Below are positions 18,162-28,754 of a stretch of DNA of 64,000 bases, one piece after another (within the stretch, counting starts at the first letter, position 1; the number at the start of each line of letters is the position of its first letter). Under the pieces are notes generated by a model. That model did no database searches. It was given only the letters and a program-made list of their open reading frames with translations, and was not told the origin of the DNA. The position numbers and the translations under genes were made by a program. Origin of the DNA: Clostridia bacterium (GTDB lineage: Bacteria > Bacillota > Clostridia > TANB77 > CAG-508); contig JAFQSS010000011.1 in the NCBI GenBank assembly GCA_017409455.1, positions 29,595 through 93,594 on the forward strand. The letters run 5' to 3'.

Positions 18162-19265
18162 TTATACCTCTTTTCTTACCATTTCCAAAGCAGCTTTTAT
18201 GACCTTATCCATATCATAATATTTATAATTTCCAAGTCTTCCTCCAAATATAACTTTTTCTTCTTTATCTGCCAATTCTTTATATTTAGCATACAAATCG
18301 TTATTTTTTTCATCATTTACTGGATAATATGCTTCATCTCCAATTTGCCACTTTTTGGGGTATTCTTTTGTTATTACTGTTCCTTTGCATTTGTTAAATT
18401 CAAAATGTTTATGTTCAATTATTCTTGTATATTTTTCATCATGACTTGTATAATTTACAACAGCATTCCCTTGATAATTATCTACGTTTTCATAGATTTG
18501 ATTTTCAAATTTTAATGAACGCCATTCTAATTGTCCATATTGATAGTCGTAATATTCATCAATCATCCCCGTATATACAATTTTTTCTGCTAATTTGTTA
18601 TATTTTTCTTTGTTCTTCAAATAGTCTACTCCTAATTCAACAGTTGAACCATTAAGCATGTTTTCAATAATTATATTATATCCACCTATTGGAACTCCTT
18701 GATATATATCATTAAAGTAATTATTGTCATAGGTAAATCTTACTGGCAACCTTTTAATTATAAATGCTGGCAAGTCTTTGCAATCTTTGCCCCATTGTTT
18801 TTCTGTATATTCTTTAACCAATTTCAAATAAATGTCTTTTCCAACAAGCGATATCGCTTGTTCTTCTAAATTTTGTGGTTCTTTTATATTAAATTCTTTT
18901 TTCTGTTGTTCTATTTTTTCTTCCGCTTCTTTAGGTGTTACAATTCCCCATAGCTTAGAAAATGTATTCATATTAAATGGCAAATTATATATTTCTCCTT
19001 TATAATTTGCTATTGGTGAATTTATATAATTATTGAATTCTGCAAATTGATTTACATATTCCCATATTTCTTTGTCACTTGTATGAAATATGTGTGCACC
19101 ATATTTATGCACATTGATATTATTTATTTTTTCACAATAGACATTTCCTCCTATATGATTTCTTCTGTCTATTACTAAACATTTTTTTCCTTTTTTATTT
19201 AATTCATATGCTACTGTTGCGCCAAATAAGCCAGCTCCAACAATTAGATAATCATATTTTCTCAT
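18162..19265 (-). CDS. glf: UDP-galactopyranose mutase
   Basis: YDYLIVGAGLFGA FAD fold; GAHIFHT; RLGNYKYYDMDKVI C-terminus. Confidence 0.9.
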   Translation of the reverse strand: MRKYDYLIVGAGLFGATVAYELNKKGKKCLVIDRRNHIGGNVYCEKINNINVHKYGAHIFHTSDKEIWEYVNQFAEFNNYINSPIANYKGEIYNLPFNMNTFSKLWGIVTPKEAEEKIEQQKKEFNIKEPQNLEEQAISLVGKDIYLKLVKEYTEKQWGKDCKDLPAFIIKRLPVRFTYDNNYFNDIYQGVPIGGYNIIIENMLNGSTVELGVDYLKNKEKYNKLAEKIVYTGMIDEYYDYQYGQLEWRSLKFENQIYENVDNYQGNAVVNYTSHDEKYTRIIEHKHFEFNKCKGTVITKEYPKKWQIGDEAYYPVNDEKNNDLYAKYKELADKEEKVIFGGRLGNYKYYDMDKVIKAALEMVRKEV

Positions 19266-19281
19266 ATTTTCTCCTTTTTCT

Positions 19282-20817
19282 TTATATACAAATTTTATTT
19301 GTATATAATTTACGCTTTATCCTGTCCAATATATATCTAAATTCTCTGGTCCTACAATATTTAATTATCATTATTACGTTAGGTACTAATAAACAAATTA
19401 TCATCTTAACACCCAAATTTAAAATCTTATTTTTAATTAAAATATACGAGCAAATTTTTTGGTTTAGGAATACAATGACAACTAACAATAGAAATTCTAA
19501 TACACATTTTATATAATATTTATATACTTTTTCATTAAAATAATTTTTAAATAAAAGATAAGGTTCATACCATATATTAGTCAATAGTCTAGCCAATGCC
19601 GTTGCTATAAAAATCCCATTTATTCCCCATTTTATACCTAATCCGATAGACAAAACAATATTAATTATTGATGCTATAATCATTAAATATTTAGTAGATT
19701 TAAATAAATTTGTTGTATTTCTAAAGCAATATATCGGATACAATAGTCCTGTTAAATAAAAGTTAAATACTATTATAAATAAAGTCGATTTTTCTAACAA
19801 ATACTGGTTACCTATCCATAATCCTATAAAGTCTTGTGTTAAAGTTATAAAGCATACACTTGAAAATCCATATATCCAATAAAATATCATCTCTAAAATT
19901 CTAAATAAAAAACTTCTTTCTTTATAACTACTTTCAATATTAAAATCTCCTATACTAGATAACATAGATGTAAAAATCAAGGAAGTGAAAGATGATATAG
20001 TTGTAACTAACATAGAATAATTAGAATATATTCCAACTACCACTGTGTCAACAATTATAGAGATCATGATATTATCTGTATTATTAAGTATTACTCCTCC
20101 TACTTGATATGAAAACATTGACTTAATATTGTTCCAAATATTCTTTTTTTCTTCATCTTCTATATCATTTTTTTCTTTAATTAAGTCATACATCTTTTCA
20201 GCCTTTTTAGACATCGCATAATTCATCAATATAGAAAATGTTATTTGAATGATTAAATATAACAAATAGTTCTTAAATATCAGCAAAGTAATTAATTGTA
20301 AAATTAGTTTGCTAATAGTAAATACTACACTAATTTTTTTCAAAACATATTCTTTCTGATCAGCAATTACTATAGATGTTTTATAAATCATAAAATAAGA
20401 AGATACTGTATTTATTAAAAATAATATATAATATAAAGTTATATATGGAATTTCTTCTTGCAAATTTAATATATTCTTCAAAAATGGTATTAACAATATT
20501 CCTAGTAATAATATTATAATTCCTATTCTATTATACAGTTTTTTATAATATGTAATCAATGAACTTAATTTTGCCTTATTTTTTTCTTTCAATGGCTTAT
20601 ACATATTATAAACAATCGCATTTCCTATTCCAAGCTCAGCTAAAGATAAAACAGAAAGAATATTTGTAAACAAACCATTTATCCCCAAATATTCTGCTGA
20701 TAACATTTTTATAAATACTGTCCTTACTATAAAATTAACAATTGTGTTAATAAATTGATATATTACACTGGCACTTATATTAATCATTGAATTTTTCATT
20801 CTTGAATTATTTTTCAT
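19282..20817 (-). CDS. Oligosaccharide flippase (Wzx/MOP family)
   Basis: 511 aa, ~12-14 TM, in the polysaccharide locus. Confidence 0.7.
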   Translation of the reverse strand: MKNNSRMKNSMINISASVIYQFINTIVNFIVRTVFIKMLSAEYLGINGLFTNILSVLSLAELGIGNAIVYNMYKPLKEKNKAKLSSLITYYKKLYNRIGIIILLLGILLIPFLKNILNLQEEIPYITLYYILFLINTVSSYFMIYKTSIVIADQKEYVLKKISVVFTISKLILQLITLLIFKNYLLYLIIQITFSILMNYAMSKKAEKMYDLIKEKNDIEDEEKKNIWNNIKSMFSYQVGGVILNNTDNIMISIIVDTVVVGIYSNYSMLVTTISSFTSLIFTSMLSSIGDFNIESSYKERSFLFRILEMIFYWIYGFSSVCFITLTQDFIGLWIGNQYLLEKSTLFIIVFNFYLTGLLYPIYCFRNTTNLFKSTKYLMIIASIINIVLSIGLGIKWGINGIFIATALARLLTNIWYEPYLLFKNYFNEKVYKYYIKCVLEFLLLVVIVFLNQKICSYILIKNKILNLGVKMIICLLVPNVIMIIKYCRTREFRYILDRIKRKLYTNKICI

Positions 20818-21910
20818 TTTTTAAAATTTCCCTTAATTTATTTCTAATTTTGTTTCTGAATTTTACTGGTTTATATACTAAATTAGTATAATTTTTTTTA
20901 AGTTTTGAATATTCTTTGTTAGATTCATTTAGTTTTGAATCTAAAAATATTTTCATTTCATCATTATACCATTTTGCCTCTTCTCTATCTCTTAAATTTG
21001 CATATGTTGGCGTTTCTATTTCAGGCACTATTCCCAAACTCATAAAATGACTTGAATTCACGCAATACCTACATTTACAATTATTCCCTATTGCCCCAAA
21101 ACTTATAGGTTTTTCTATATCTTCATAGATATTTTGATGTTCTGGTTCAGCATAGCATTTCCTTATATCACCTGTTTGAAGATTTAATAAAAGACTCCAA
21201 TCACCTGCATAACAAAATTCTTTTCTTTTTACCAAAAAGTTTTTCATTGTAAAATCAAAAAGTGGTGATTCAAATTTTTGTCCTTGTTTTACATACTCTT
21301 CATTTTGTAAATTTGTATGTAATTGTATTTTCATATCTTGTTCTGAAAGTTGTTCTTTTCTTGTTGCAGCTATTTGAGGAAATGCACCTATTTCATTAAA
21401 ACATTTATCTTTAATTTCATCTATAAGCAAAATATATTCATCATATAGATTTAGTTGTACTAGGAATGAACATCCTGCATTTTTTACCATTTTTACATTA
21501 TCAAAAAAAACATCTAAATTGTTTGTTTTATTAAGTTCAATATAATGCAAAGAAAAAGCAAAATGTAATCTTTTTAGCAAATCTTTCGGTATTGATGTTA
21601 TTTCTTTAAATCTTTGAGTTAAAGTCCCATTTGTTGTAACATTAACGTAGTGACCTTGTTTTAGTATTTCTTCAATTATTTTAGGCATTTCTTTTGGAAT
21701 TAATGTTTCTCCAGCACCACAAATACTAATATACGAGGTTCCTCCTAATCTTTTTTTATTTAAAGCTTTTCCTATATGTTCTGGCGAATATCTAAATTTA
21801 GGGATTTCATCAGTTCTTCTTCCTTCTTGCATCACATAACAATATTCACATCTTAGATTGCATGCTGTAACAGGAACCAAACACTCCAAAAATCTTTTTA
21901 TTTTCTCCAA
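20807..21910 (-). CDS. Radical SAM enzyme
   Basis: CNLRCEYC (CxxxCxxC) at residues ~17-24; additional C-terminal Cys cluster CKCRYC. Confidence 0.8.
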   Translation of the reverse strand: MEKIKRFLECLVPVTACNLRCEYCYVMQEGRRTDEIPKFRYSPEHIGKALNKKRLGGTSYISICGAGETLIPKEMPKIIEEILKQGHYVNVTTNGTLTQRFKEITSIPKDLLKRLHFAFSLHYIELNKTNNLDVFFDNVKMVKNAGCSFLVQLNLYDEYILLIDEIKDKCFNEIGAFPQIAATRKEQLSEQDMKIQLHTNLQNEEYVKQGQKFESPLFDFTMKNFLVKRKEFCYAGDWSLLLNLQTGDIRKCYAEPEHQNIYEDIEKPISFGAIGNNCKCRYCVNSSHFMSLGIVPEIETPTYANLRDREEAKWYNDEMKIFLDSKLNESNKEYSKLKKNYTNLVYKPVKFRNKIRNKLREILKNEK

Positions 21911-21926
21911 TCTTCTCTTCCTTTCA

Positions 21927-23924
21927 TTATATAATCTCCCTTAAACTCTCTTTCATATTTTTGTTATTATATTCATATTTCTTATCTAAATCTATTTCAT
22001 TTATTACCTTTTCAAATTCATCTATAGAATTAACAAAATAGATATAATTATTTTCTCTTTTTAGCCACTCATATACACCTTTTACTTTTCCGCTAGTATT
22101 TGGGAATGTAATACATGGCGTTGATGTTATTGCTGCAAATATCATTGCATGTAATCTGTCTGTTACAATAAGCTTTGATTTTGAAATTTGTTGTACAAGT
22201 TTTATTAATTGTTTTTTCCCCTTTTTTAAATTATATCTTCCTTTACAAACTGTTGAAAATTTATTTATTTTTTCATCTGGATATTTTTCTCTTATTGTTT
22301 CAATTATATTTTCCACTTCATTTTGGGATGTAGTCTTTTCAACATCTTTTCTAAAGCAAACTCCTATACCAGTTCTATTCATAGATTCTTTTACAAAATC
22401 ATTTAAATATGTAACCACATCTGTTGTTAGTTTAATTTCCTGATTTCTAAACGTTTTAACACAGAAATCATAAGTTCTTTTCTCCCTACAACAAATTGTT
22501 AAATTTTTGCATGAATCATAAATTCCTCTATCTCTTTCAATTGAAAAAGCGCCGTGCATATCATCTGAGTAAAATATAGTTTGTGGAAAAATAACTATTT
22601 TATTATTTTTAAATTTATTAATAATTCCGTTAGCTCTTATTTGTTCATGTTCCCAAATTGTCCCAAAATTTCCTCCACCAGTTATCATTATTATGTCTTG
22701 CCCATTTATATCTTTAGCTAAATTATTAAGGAAATATTCCGTATCATGTGATAATATAGAAAAACAATCTATCCCTTTATCTTCTAAAATTTTTTGTTCT
22801 GCTACTATTATTGCATGGTCTCCTAAATTCCCATGGTTTGGAGCATTAAAGATGATATATTGTATTTTGCCTTGTTTTTTTACTTTTTGTTTATAGTCTT
22901 TATATTTATTTTTTAATATTTTATTTGATTTTTTTACATAAATATTTTCTATTATTTTATCATACTTTTTCTTTGATTTTAGCAAAATATAATATAGCAT
23001 TTTAGAAAAAGAAAATAATTTATATTTAAATTTTCGCTTTTTACTAGAAAATCTATATTCTTTTAATAATTTTTTCATTGTTTTAAAATATTTCTTATAC
23101 AATTCCCTCGGGTATTGCTTTGTTTCTGTAAATTTACAGTATAATTCTATAAATCGATTTACATATACATCTATTGTTCCATAATACACTTTACTGTCTT
23201 TCATATTTTTCTTTTCCAAAAATTTCACTCTATCATATACAAAATCCAATTCATCTAATAAAGCCACTTTAGAAATATTCATAATACTATTTGTTCTTTG
23301 ATAATAAAAATATAATTGTAAATTCGTTATTACGATTTTTGTGGTTTTATCAATTAAATAGTGAATAATAGCTGAATCTTCTATTAATTTTCCTACAGGA
23401 TATCTTAATTCTGAAAACATCTCTCTTTTATAAAGTTTATTCCATGCAACTACTGTTAATAAATAGTCATCATACATATGATTAAACATTTCTTCTTTAT
23501 TATAGACTATTATTTTCTCGTCCAGACTCGCATCTACAATTTCATCTTCACTTTCAAATTTGTAATAATTTGCAATAGCTATATCTGAATTTGTTTCTTT
23601 AATGTTTTTATATAGCACTTCATACATATTTGTAGCAATAAAGTCATCACTATCGACAAATGCTATATATTCTCCTTTAGCTATATCAATTCCTGCATTT
23701 CTAGCGTCAGACAGCCCCCCGTTTTCTTTATGAATCACCTTTATTCTTGCATCTTTTTCAGCATATTCATCACATATTTTCCCACAATTATCCGGTGATC
23801 CATCATCAACTAGAATAATTTCTAAATTAGTATATGTTTGATTTATAATACTATCTATACATCTTTTCACATATTTTTCGACATTATAAATTGGTACAAT
23901 TACGCTAATTAATCCTTTTTCCAT
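21927..23924 (-). CDS. Fusion protein: GT2 glycosyltransferase (N-terminal) + polysaccharide pyruvyl transferase (C-terminal)
   Basis: N-terminal VIVPIYNVEKYV..LVDDGSPD..DSDD; C-terminal HGNLGDHAII..TDRLHAMIFA pyruvyl-transferase-like motifs. Confidence 0.75.
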   Translation of the reverse strand: MEKGLISVIVPIYNVEKYVKRCIDSIINQTYTNLEIILVDDGSPDNCGKICDEYAEKDARIKVIHKENGGLSDARNAGIDIAKGEYIAFVDSDDFIATNMYEVLYKNIKETNSDIAIANYYKFESEDEIVDASLDEKIIVYNKEEMFNHMYDDYLLTVVAWNKLYKREMFSELRYPVGKLIEDSAIIHYLIDKTTKIVITNLQLYFYYQRTNSIMNISKVALLDELDFVYDRVKFLEKKNMKDSKVYYGTIDVYVNRFIELYCKFTETKQYPRELYKKYFKTMKKLLKEYRFSSKKRKFKYKLFSFSKMLYYILLKSKKKYDKIIENIYVKKSNKILKNKYKDYKQKVKKQGKIQYIIFNAPNHGNLGDHAIIVAEQKILEDKGIDCFSILSHDTEYFLNNLAKDINGQDIIMITGGGNFGTIWEHEQIRANGIINKFKNNKIVIFPQTIFYSDDMHGAFSIERDRGIYDSCKNLTICCREKRTYDFCVKTFRNQEIKLTTDVVTYLNDFVKESMNRTGIGVCFRKDVEKTTSQNEVENIIETIREKYPDEKINKFSTVCKGRYNLKKGKKQLIKLVQQISKSKLIVTDRLHAMIFAAITSTPCITFPNTSGKVKGVYEWLKRENNYIYFVNSIDEFEKVINEIDLDKKYEYNNKNMKESLREII

Positions 23925-23943
23925 TTGTTTACTTCCTTATAAA

Positions 23944-24948
23944 TTAATATCTTACCTCAGCAATTTTTTTCATATACAATTTTGATACTATATTTGTTAA
24001 CAAATATCTTGAATATATTATCAAAAAAGCCTTTTTGTTCTTTTTATATCTTTCATATATATCATTGCTCTTATTTTTTAGTTCCATATTAAATTTTTTA
24101 ATTTTTCCTAATCTTTCTTTTTTATCATCATATGTTAAATATGTTGATAACTGATTTGCAGCCACAAGAGCAATACGATTTCTAATATAAATTAATACAT
24201 TTTTATCTACATTTTCTTTCTTTTTATTTTCGTAAAAATCAATTAATCTATTTAGCACAAAATCATGCATTTTAATATTTTTTCTCATACTTTGTGCACT
24301 TACGCTTTGATTTGCTTGTGCAACAAGATAAACATATAAATCAAGATTTATATATGAAAATGTTTTTATAAATTCACTTGGCAACAAAACATATTCTGTA
24401 TCAGTATAAAATCCATTATCTAAAATTATATTGTTTTCTTGTAAAATAGTTGTTTTAAACATAACTGCATGCATACCTAAATCTAAACTTTTGCAATAGT
24501 CTTTAAAATTTAATTCTTTGTTTGTCGGTAACTTAAATGTACAATTTTTAATTACTTGATTATCTTTATTACTAAACACTTGATAATTAGTTATTACCAT
24601 ATCCACATTAGTTTTTTCTAAATATTCAATAATATCTTTTAAGTTTTCTGTTACAACCCAATCATCACCATCAACCATTTTAAAGTATTTACCTGTAGCA
24701 TGTTTTATACCACTATTAACTGTTGAACCTGGTCCTGCATTTTTTTGTTTAATTAGTCTTACTATTCCAGGATATTTGTTTTCATATTGTTCAACAATCT
24801 TAGCAGTATTATCCTTAGATTCATCATCTGTAACAATTATTTCTATTTTTTCTCTTACCTCAGAATTAATAAAAGATTCTATATTTTTGTATATTAATTT
24901 TTCCAAATCATATGCCGCAACACTAATAGATAATATTTTATCACTCAT
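23944..24948 (-). CDS. GT2 glycosyltransferase
   Basis: ISVAAYD..VTDDESKD..DGDD. Confidence 0.8.
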   Translation of the reverse strand: MSDKILSISVAAYDLEKLIYKNIESFINSEVREKIEIIVTDDESKDNTAKIVEQYENKYPGIVRLIKQKNAGPGSTVNSGIKHATGKYFKMVDGDDWVVTENLKDIIEYLEKTNVDMVITNYQVFSNKDNQVIKNCTFKLPTNKELNFKDYCKSLDLGMHAVMFKTTILQENNIILDNGFYTDTEYVLLPSEFIKTFSYINLDLYVYLVAQANQSVSAQSMRKNIKMHDFVLNRLIDFYENKKKENVDKNVLIYIRNRIALVAANQLSTYLTYDDKKERLGKIKKFNMELKNKSNDIYERYKKNKKAFLIIYSRYLLTNIVSKLYMKKIAEVRY

Positions 24949-26092
24949 ATCTTTCCTCCAACATTTTTACATCTTCTTGGTTATCATCTTCATTTAGTAC
25001 TAACATAAAAAATGTTAAATATAGCCAATAGCTATATAATCCTGCACCTAAAATTATACTATATAAAAATATCGCAATATATAGCAAGAAATTATTTTTA
25101 TTAATAAGTTTTTCTAAAATAAAATGTGTATAAATAGTCTCTACTATAGAAAAAAGACCATACATTCTTAAATGTGAGAAAAACAAATTATGTGGTTCTA
25201 TATTTTTCCATGGCACACCCATATTCCAAAAAATCCTTGGCCTTACCCATCCATATTGGTAATCTGTTAATCCTGTTATTAACAAATGAGGATATTTTAA
25301 AAACATAATTACTAATGACACCAATGTAAAAAATCTATAAAAATTCGAATAATCTAGCAAATTATATAATCTATTTGAAACCTCATCTCCCCAAAATATA
25401 TTTCCTGCTTGAAATTGATAATAATAAAATATTCCTAATCCAACCAATGCAACACTAGAAATAATTGTTAAGTTAATATAGTTGCACAATTTTATTAGTA
25501 TATCTTTTATAAAATATTTTTTCACAAATTTTATTTTAGATATAATATATACTGCTAATGCTAAATAATAAGACCTAGATATTGTTAATAATCCAAATGC
25601 CAAAGTAGCAATACCTACTTTTTTATTTTTGACCATTAACATTACACCTAAGCAAAATATTGCCAATCCTGATTGATTTATTTCTCCTATTGCTGTAAAA
25701 GCATATCTTCCTTTTGTCCCAAAAAATATTATTGAATATATTAAAGTTGCTCCTAAACAAATATATAGAATATTTGATTCTTTTAGATATTTTTTTATAT
25801 ATTCTTTATATTCTACAATCTTGTCAAGAAAAATTATTGGTAAAAATATTATATATTTTGGATTTTGAGTAACTAATATTAGCCCTATGAGTATTATCAT
25901 AAATACAATTTCTTTTATATGTACTTTTTTCAAAGTCAATAAATACAAACATATCATAGGAATCACAAATAATATTTTTGCTATCGAATATTTTGTTTCA
26001 ATCAATCCTGATGGAACTATATATGTACATGCTAATACAACCCAAACTACGATTTTCATCATTTTTTCAGGTGTTAATTTCAGTCTTTCCAT
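24941..26092 (-). CDS. Wzy-like polysaccharide polymerase / O-antigen-ligase-like membrane protein
   Basis: 383 aa, ~10 TM, in the locus; assignment is contextual. Confidence 0.5.
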   Translation of the reverse strand: MERLKLTPEKMMKIVVWVVLACTYIVPSGLIETKYSIAKILFVIPMICLYLLTLKKVHIKEIVFMIILIGLILVTQNPKYIIFLPIIFLDKIVEYKEYIKKYLKESNILYICLGATLIYSIIFFGTKGRYAFTAIGEINQSGLAIFCLGVMLMVKNKKVGIATLAFGLLTISRSYYLALAVYIISKIKFVKKYFIKDILIKLCNYINLTIISSVALVGLGIFYYYQFQAGNIFWGDEVSNRLYNLLDYSNFYRFFTLVSLVIMFLKYPHLLITGLTDYQYGWVRPRIFWNMGVPWKNIEPHNLFFSHLRMYGLFSIVETIYTHFILEKLINKNNFLLYIAIFLYSIILGAGLYSYWLYLTFFMLVLNEDDNQEDVKMLEERYE

Positions 26093-26100
26093 TCTTCCCC

Positions 26101-27078
26101 CTAATACTTTAATTTACAATAAATTTTCCAAGAAAAGGCAAAAATACCTTTTCCCATCATAAGTGTTATTAATGCAATTTTGTCTCTTTTACTCATTTTA
26201 TTATTTTTTAATATTTGTGTTTTTCTTTGTTTTATATATTTTACTATTTCTTTTTCTAATGCTTTTTCCTGTTCATTTAATTTCGATACTGCCATTTGGC
26301 GTAACACACTAAATCTTGATGTTATTCTTTTTTTATCAGTACTATCTTTTAAGTTGGGATATTTAGCATCAATCTCATCACACATCTTATCTGTCAATTC
26401 AACTAAGTCCATTTTCCTTAAATTAAATTTAGATGTTGTTATTGAATTTTGTCTTTTGTAATAATTATAAATACTTTTATTTCCATAAGCAATTTTGTCA
26501 CATTGCAAAATTAATTTATATGTTGTTCCATTATCCTCATTTAATTTTCCTATGGAAAATCTAACTCCATTAAACAAATCTTTACTATATAGCTTTGCCC
26601 ATGCAGATATTGAAAAACCTTTATCACATAAAATTCTATCCAAACATTCTTCAGTTGTTAATACTTTTTCTGTATATCCATTTCCCCAATTTGTTTTTTT
26701 TTGGTTAGAAACTACTGTATGTGTTGCAATTGACATTTTTGTGTTGTTTTTTCTTAATAATTCATATAAATATTTAATATACTCACTTGATACATCATCA
26801 TCTGAATCAATAAATGTGATATATTTCCCATTTGCCGCTTCTATTCCTGTATTCCTAGCATCAGATAATCCACCATTTTCTTGGTGTATCACCTTTATTC
26901 TTGAATCCTTTTTTGCATATTCATCACAAATATCGGGGCATGTATCTGGTGAGCCATCATCAACAAGTATTATTTCAATGTTTTTATATGTTTGTGCAAG
27001 TACACTGTCTATGCAATTTCTTAAATATTTTTCTACATTATACACAGGTATAATTATACTAATTAAATCTTTTTCCAT
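26101..27078 (-). CDS. GT2 glycosyltransferase
   Basis: IIIPVYNVEKYL..LVDDGSPD..DSDD; N-terminus closely parallels 21927..23924. Confidence 0.85.
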   Translation of the reverse strand: MEKDLISIIIPVYNVEKYLRNCIDSVLAQTYKNIEIILVDDGSPDTCPDICDEYAKKDSRIKVIHQENGGLSDARNTGIEAANGKYITFIDSDDDVSSEYIKYLYELLRKNNTKMSIATHTVVSNQKKTNWGNGYTEKVLTTEECLDRILCDKGFSISAWAKLYSKDLFNGVRFSIGKLNEDNGTTYKLILQCDKIAYGNKSIYNYYKRQNSITTSKFNLRKMDLVELTDKMCDEIDAKYPNLKDSTDKKRITSRFSVLRQMAVSKLNEQEKALEKEIVKYIKQRKTQILKNNKMSKRDKIALITLMMGKGIFAFSWKIYCKLKY

Positions 27079-27086
27079 TTCTTCTC

Positions 27087-27932
27087 CTAAGATATTTTTC
27101 CCATCATCATCCCAATAAATCTTGCAGCCATATTTGGTATAAATTGTATAAGTGCTGGAATGTTTTTATCTTGTATAGCCCTTTTTAATATATATATAGC
27201 CATTCCTCCTCCTGTTTGATTTACTTTGTATTTATTTAAATAGCTATTTTGTTTTAAAAATACTCCTGTATCATAATATCTTTTATATAATTGTTTTAAT
27301 GTAAACTTATGCGAATGTTCTACAACAGAATCAGCACAATATTTTATTTTATATCCATTTGTAATTAATTTAAATGCAAAATACATATCTTCATTTGTAG
27401 GTAGATTTTTTCCATCATATCCATTTAATTTAACAAAAGTCTCTCTTTTTATTGCAGATGATGCATCTGAGAAGAAAAATGTTTGTAAGCCTTTATTATC
27501 GATATCGTCTTTTGAAACAATAAATGATTCTTTTGTATAATTTCTTTCTCTTGTATATTTTTCTATTGTGTTATTTGAACAAGTTTGCTTACTATAAGAA
27601 GCTTCGCATTCCCCATTTTGTATACATTTTGTTAAATTCGCCAACCAATCTTCTCGCTCAATAATAATATCTTGGGTAATAAATACCAAAACATCTGCAT
27701 TACTCTTCATAGCAGCCTTTTCTCTTGTCAAACTATGTGAAAATTCTTGTTTTTCTATAACTTCATATTTGCAATCTAGTTGTTCTAATATTTTTTCTGT
27801 ATTATCGTTTCCTTTTGTTAATATATAATTAATATTTTTTATTTCCACATCTTTTTGTTTTTTTAAGTTTTGATGTAAATTATTTATATATTTTTCCGCA
27901 TTATATAAAGGACATATTATATCAATTGTCAT
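27087..27932 (-). CDS. GT2-like glycosyltransferase (rhamnosyltransferase-like)
   Basis: IICPLYNAEKYI..FITQD..NEDMYF. Confidence 0.65.
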   Translation of the reverse strand: MTIDIICPLYNAEKYINNLHQNLKKQKDVEIKNINYILTKGNDNTEKILEQLDCKYEVIEKQEFSHSLTREKAAMKSNADVLVFITQDIIIEREDWLANLTKCIQNGECEASYSKQTCSNNTIEKYTRERNYTKESFIVSKDDIDNKGLQTFFFSDASSAIKRETFVKLNGYDGKNLPTNEDMYFAFKLITNGYKIKYCADSVVEHSHKFTLKQLYKRYYDTGVFLKQNSYLNKYKVNQTGGGMAIYILKRAIQDKNIPALIQFIPNMAARFIGMMMGKIS

Positions 27933-28715
27933 TTAAACAGCTCCTTCTCTTTTTATAACTGTTTCTATTGTTTTAAAAAATATCTTTAAATCCAGTTTAA
28001 AAGATATATTATCCACATAAAAAAGTTCCATTTCCATTCTTTGTTTATAGCTTGTACAACTTCTACCATTTGCTGCCCAATTCCCTGTAAGACCTGGTGT
28101 AACACTTAAAAATTTTCTTGCATTATCACCATATTTTTTAAGTTCTTCTTCAACAACTGGTCTAGGACCTATTATAGACAAATCTCCTTTTATGATATTT
28201 ATAAGTTGTGGTAATTCATCTAAACTAGCTCTTCTTAAAATTTTACCAACTTTTGTGATTCTTGGGTCATTTGATAATTTATAATTTTCTTTATATTCTT
28301 TCATTTGCTCTGGTGCAAAATTCTTTATTAAATCTTCTGCATTATCAACCATTGATCTAAATTTATATATTTTTATAATTTTACCATTTTTTCCTATTCG
28401 AGTATGTTTGAAAAATACTGGACCTTTTGATTCTATTTTAATAGCTAATGCAATTATAGCAAAAACTGGTAATAATATTATTAAGCCTATTGCTGCCAAT
28501 ACCACATCTATTATTCTTTTTACTTTTATATATACATTATTACTACTTAAAATTGTATTATATCTTTTTACAGATATCTCTGGAACATTTGTAGCAATAC
28601 TTTCATTTGTTATATTAGTATTCACTTTATTCCCCTCCAAGACATTTTCATGTCGAATTTTTTCATACAAATCTAATATATCATTACTAACAGATTTTAT
28701 CAAGGTTTTTCGCAT
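27933..28715 (-). CDS. Initiating phosphoglycosyl (bacterial sugar) transferase
   Basis: KRIIDVVLA..PVFFKHTRIGKNGK..FRSM..DELPQLINI..G.LSIIGPRP motifs. Confidence 0.85.
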   Translation of the reverse strand: MRKTLIKSVSNDILDLYEKIRHENVLEGNKVNTNITNESIATNVPEISVKRYNTILSSNNVYIKVKRIIDVVLAAIGLIILLPVFAIIALAIKIESKGPVFFKHTRIGKNGKIIKIYKFRSMVDNAEDLIKNFAPEQMKEYKENYKLSNDPRITKVGKILRRASLDELPQLINIIKGDLSIIGPRPVVEEELKKYGDNARKFLSVTPGLTGNWAANGRSCTSYKQRMEMELFYVDNISFKLDLKIFFKTIETVIKREGAV

Positions 28716-28740
28716 AAAAAAACCCTGACTTTCGTCAGGG
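28716..28740 (-). terminator. Hairpin + U-run downstream of hpf, abutting the start codon of the sugar transferase
   Basis: ccctgac-gaaa-gtcaggg-ttttttt read on the minus strand. There is no room for a separate promoter or a good SD before the ATG at 28715. Confidence 0.5.
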
Positions 28741-28754
28741 AATTTCTTCTAATT

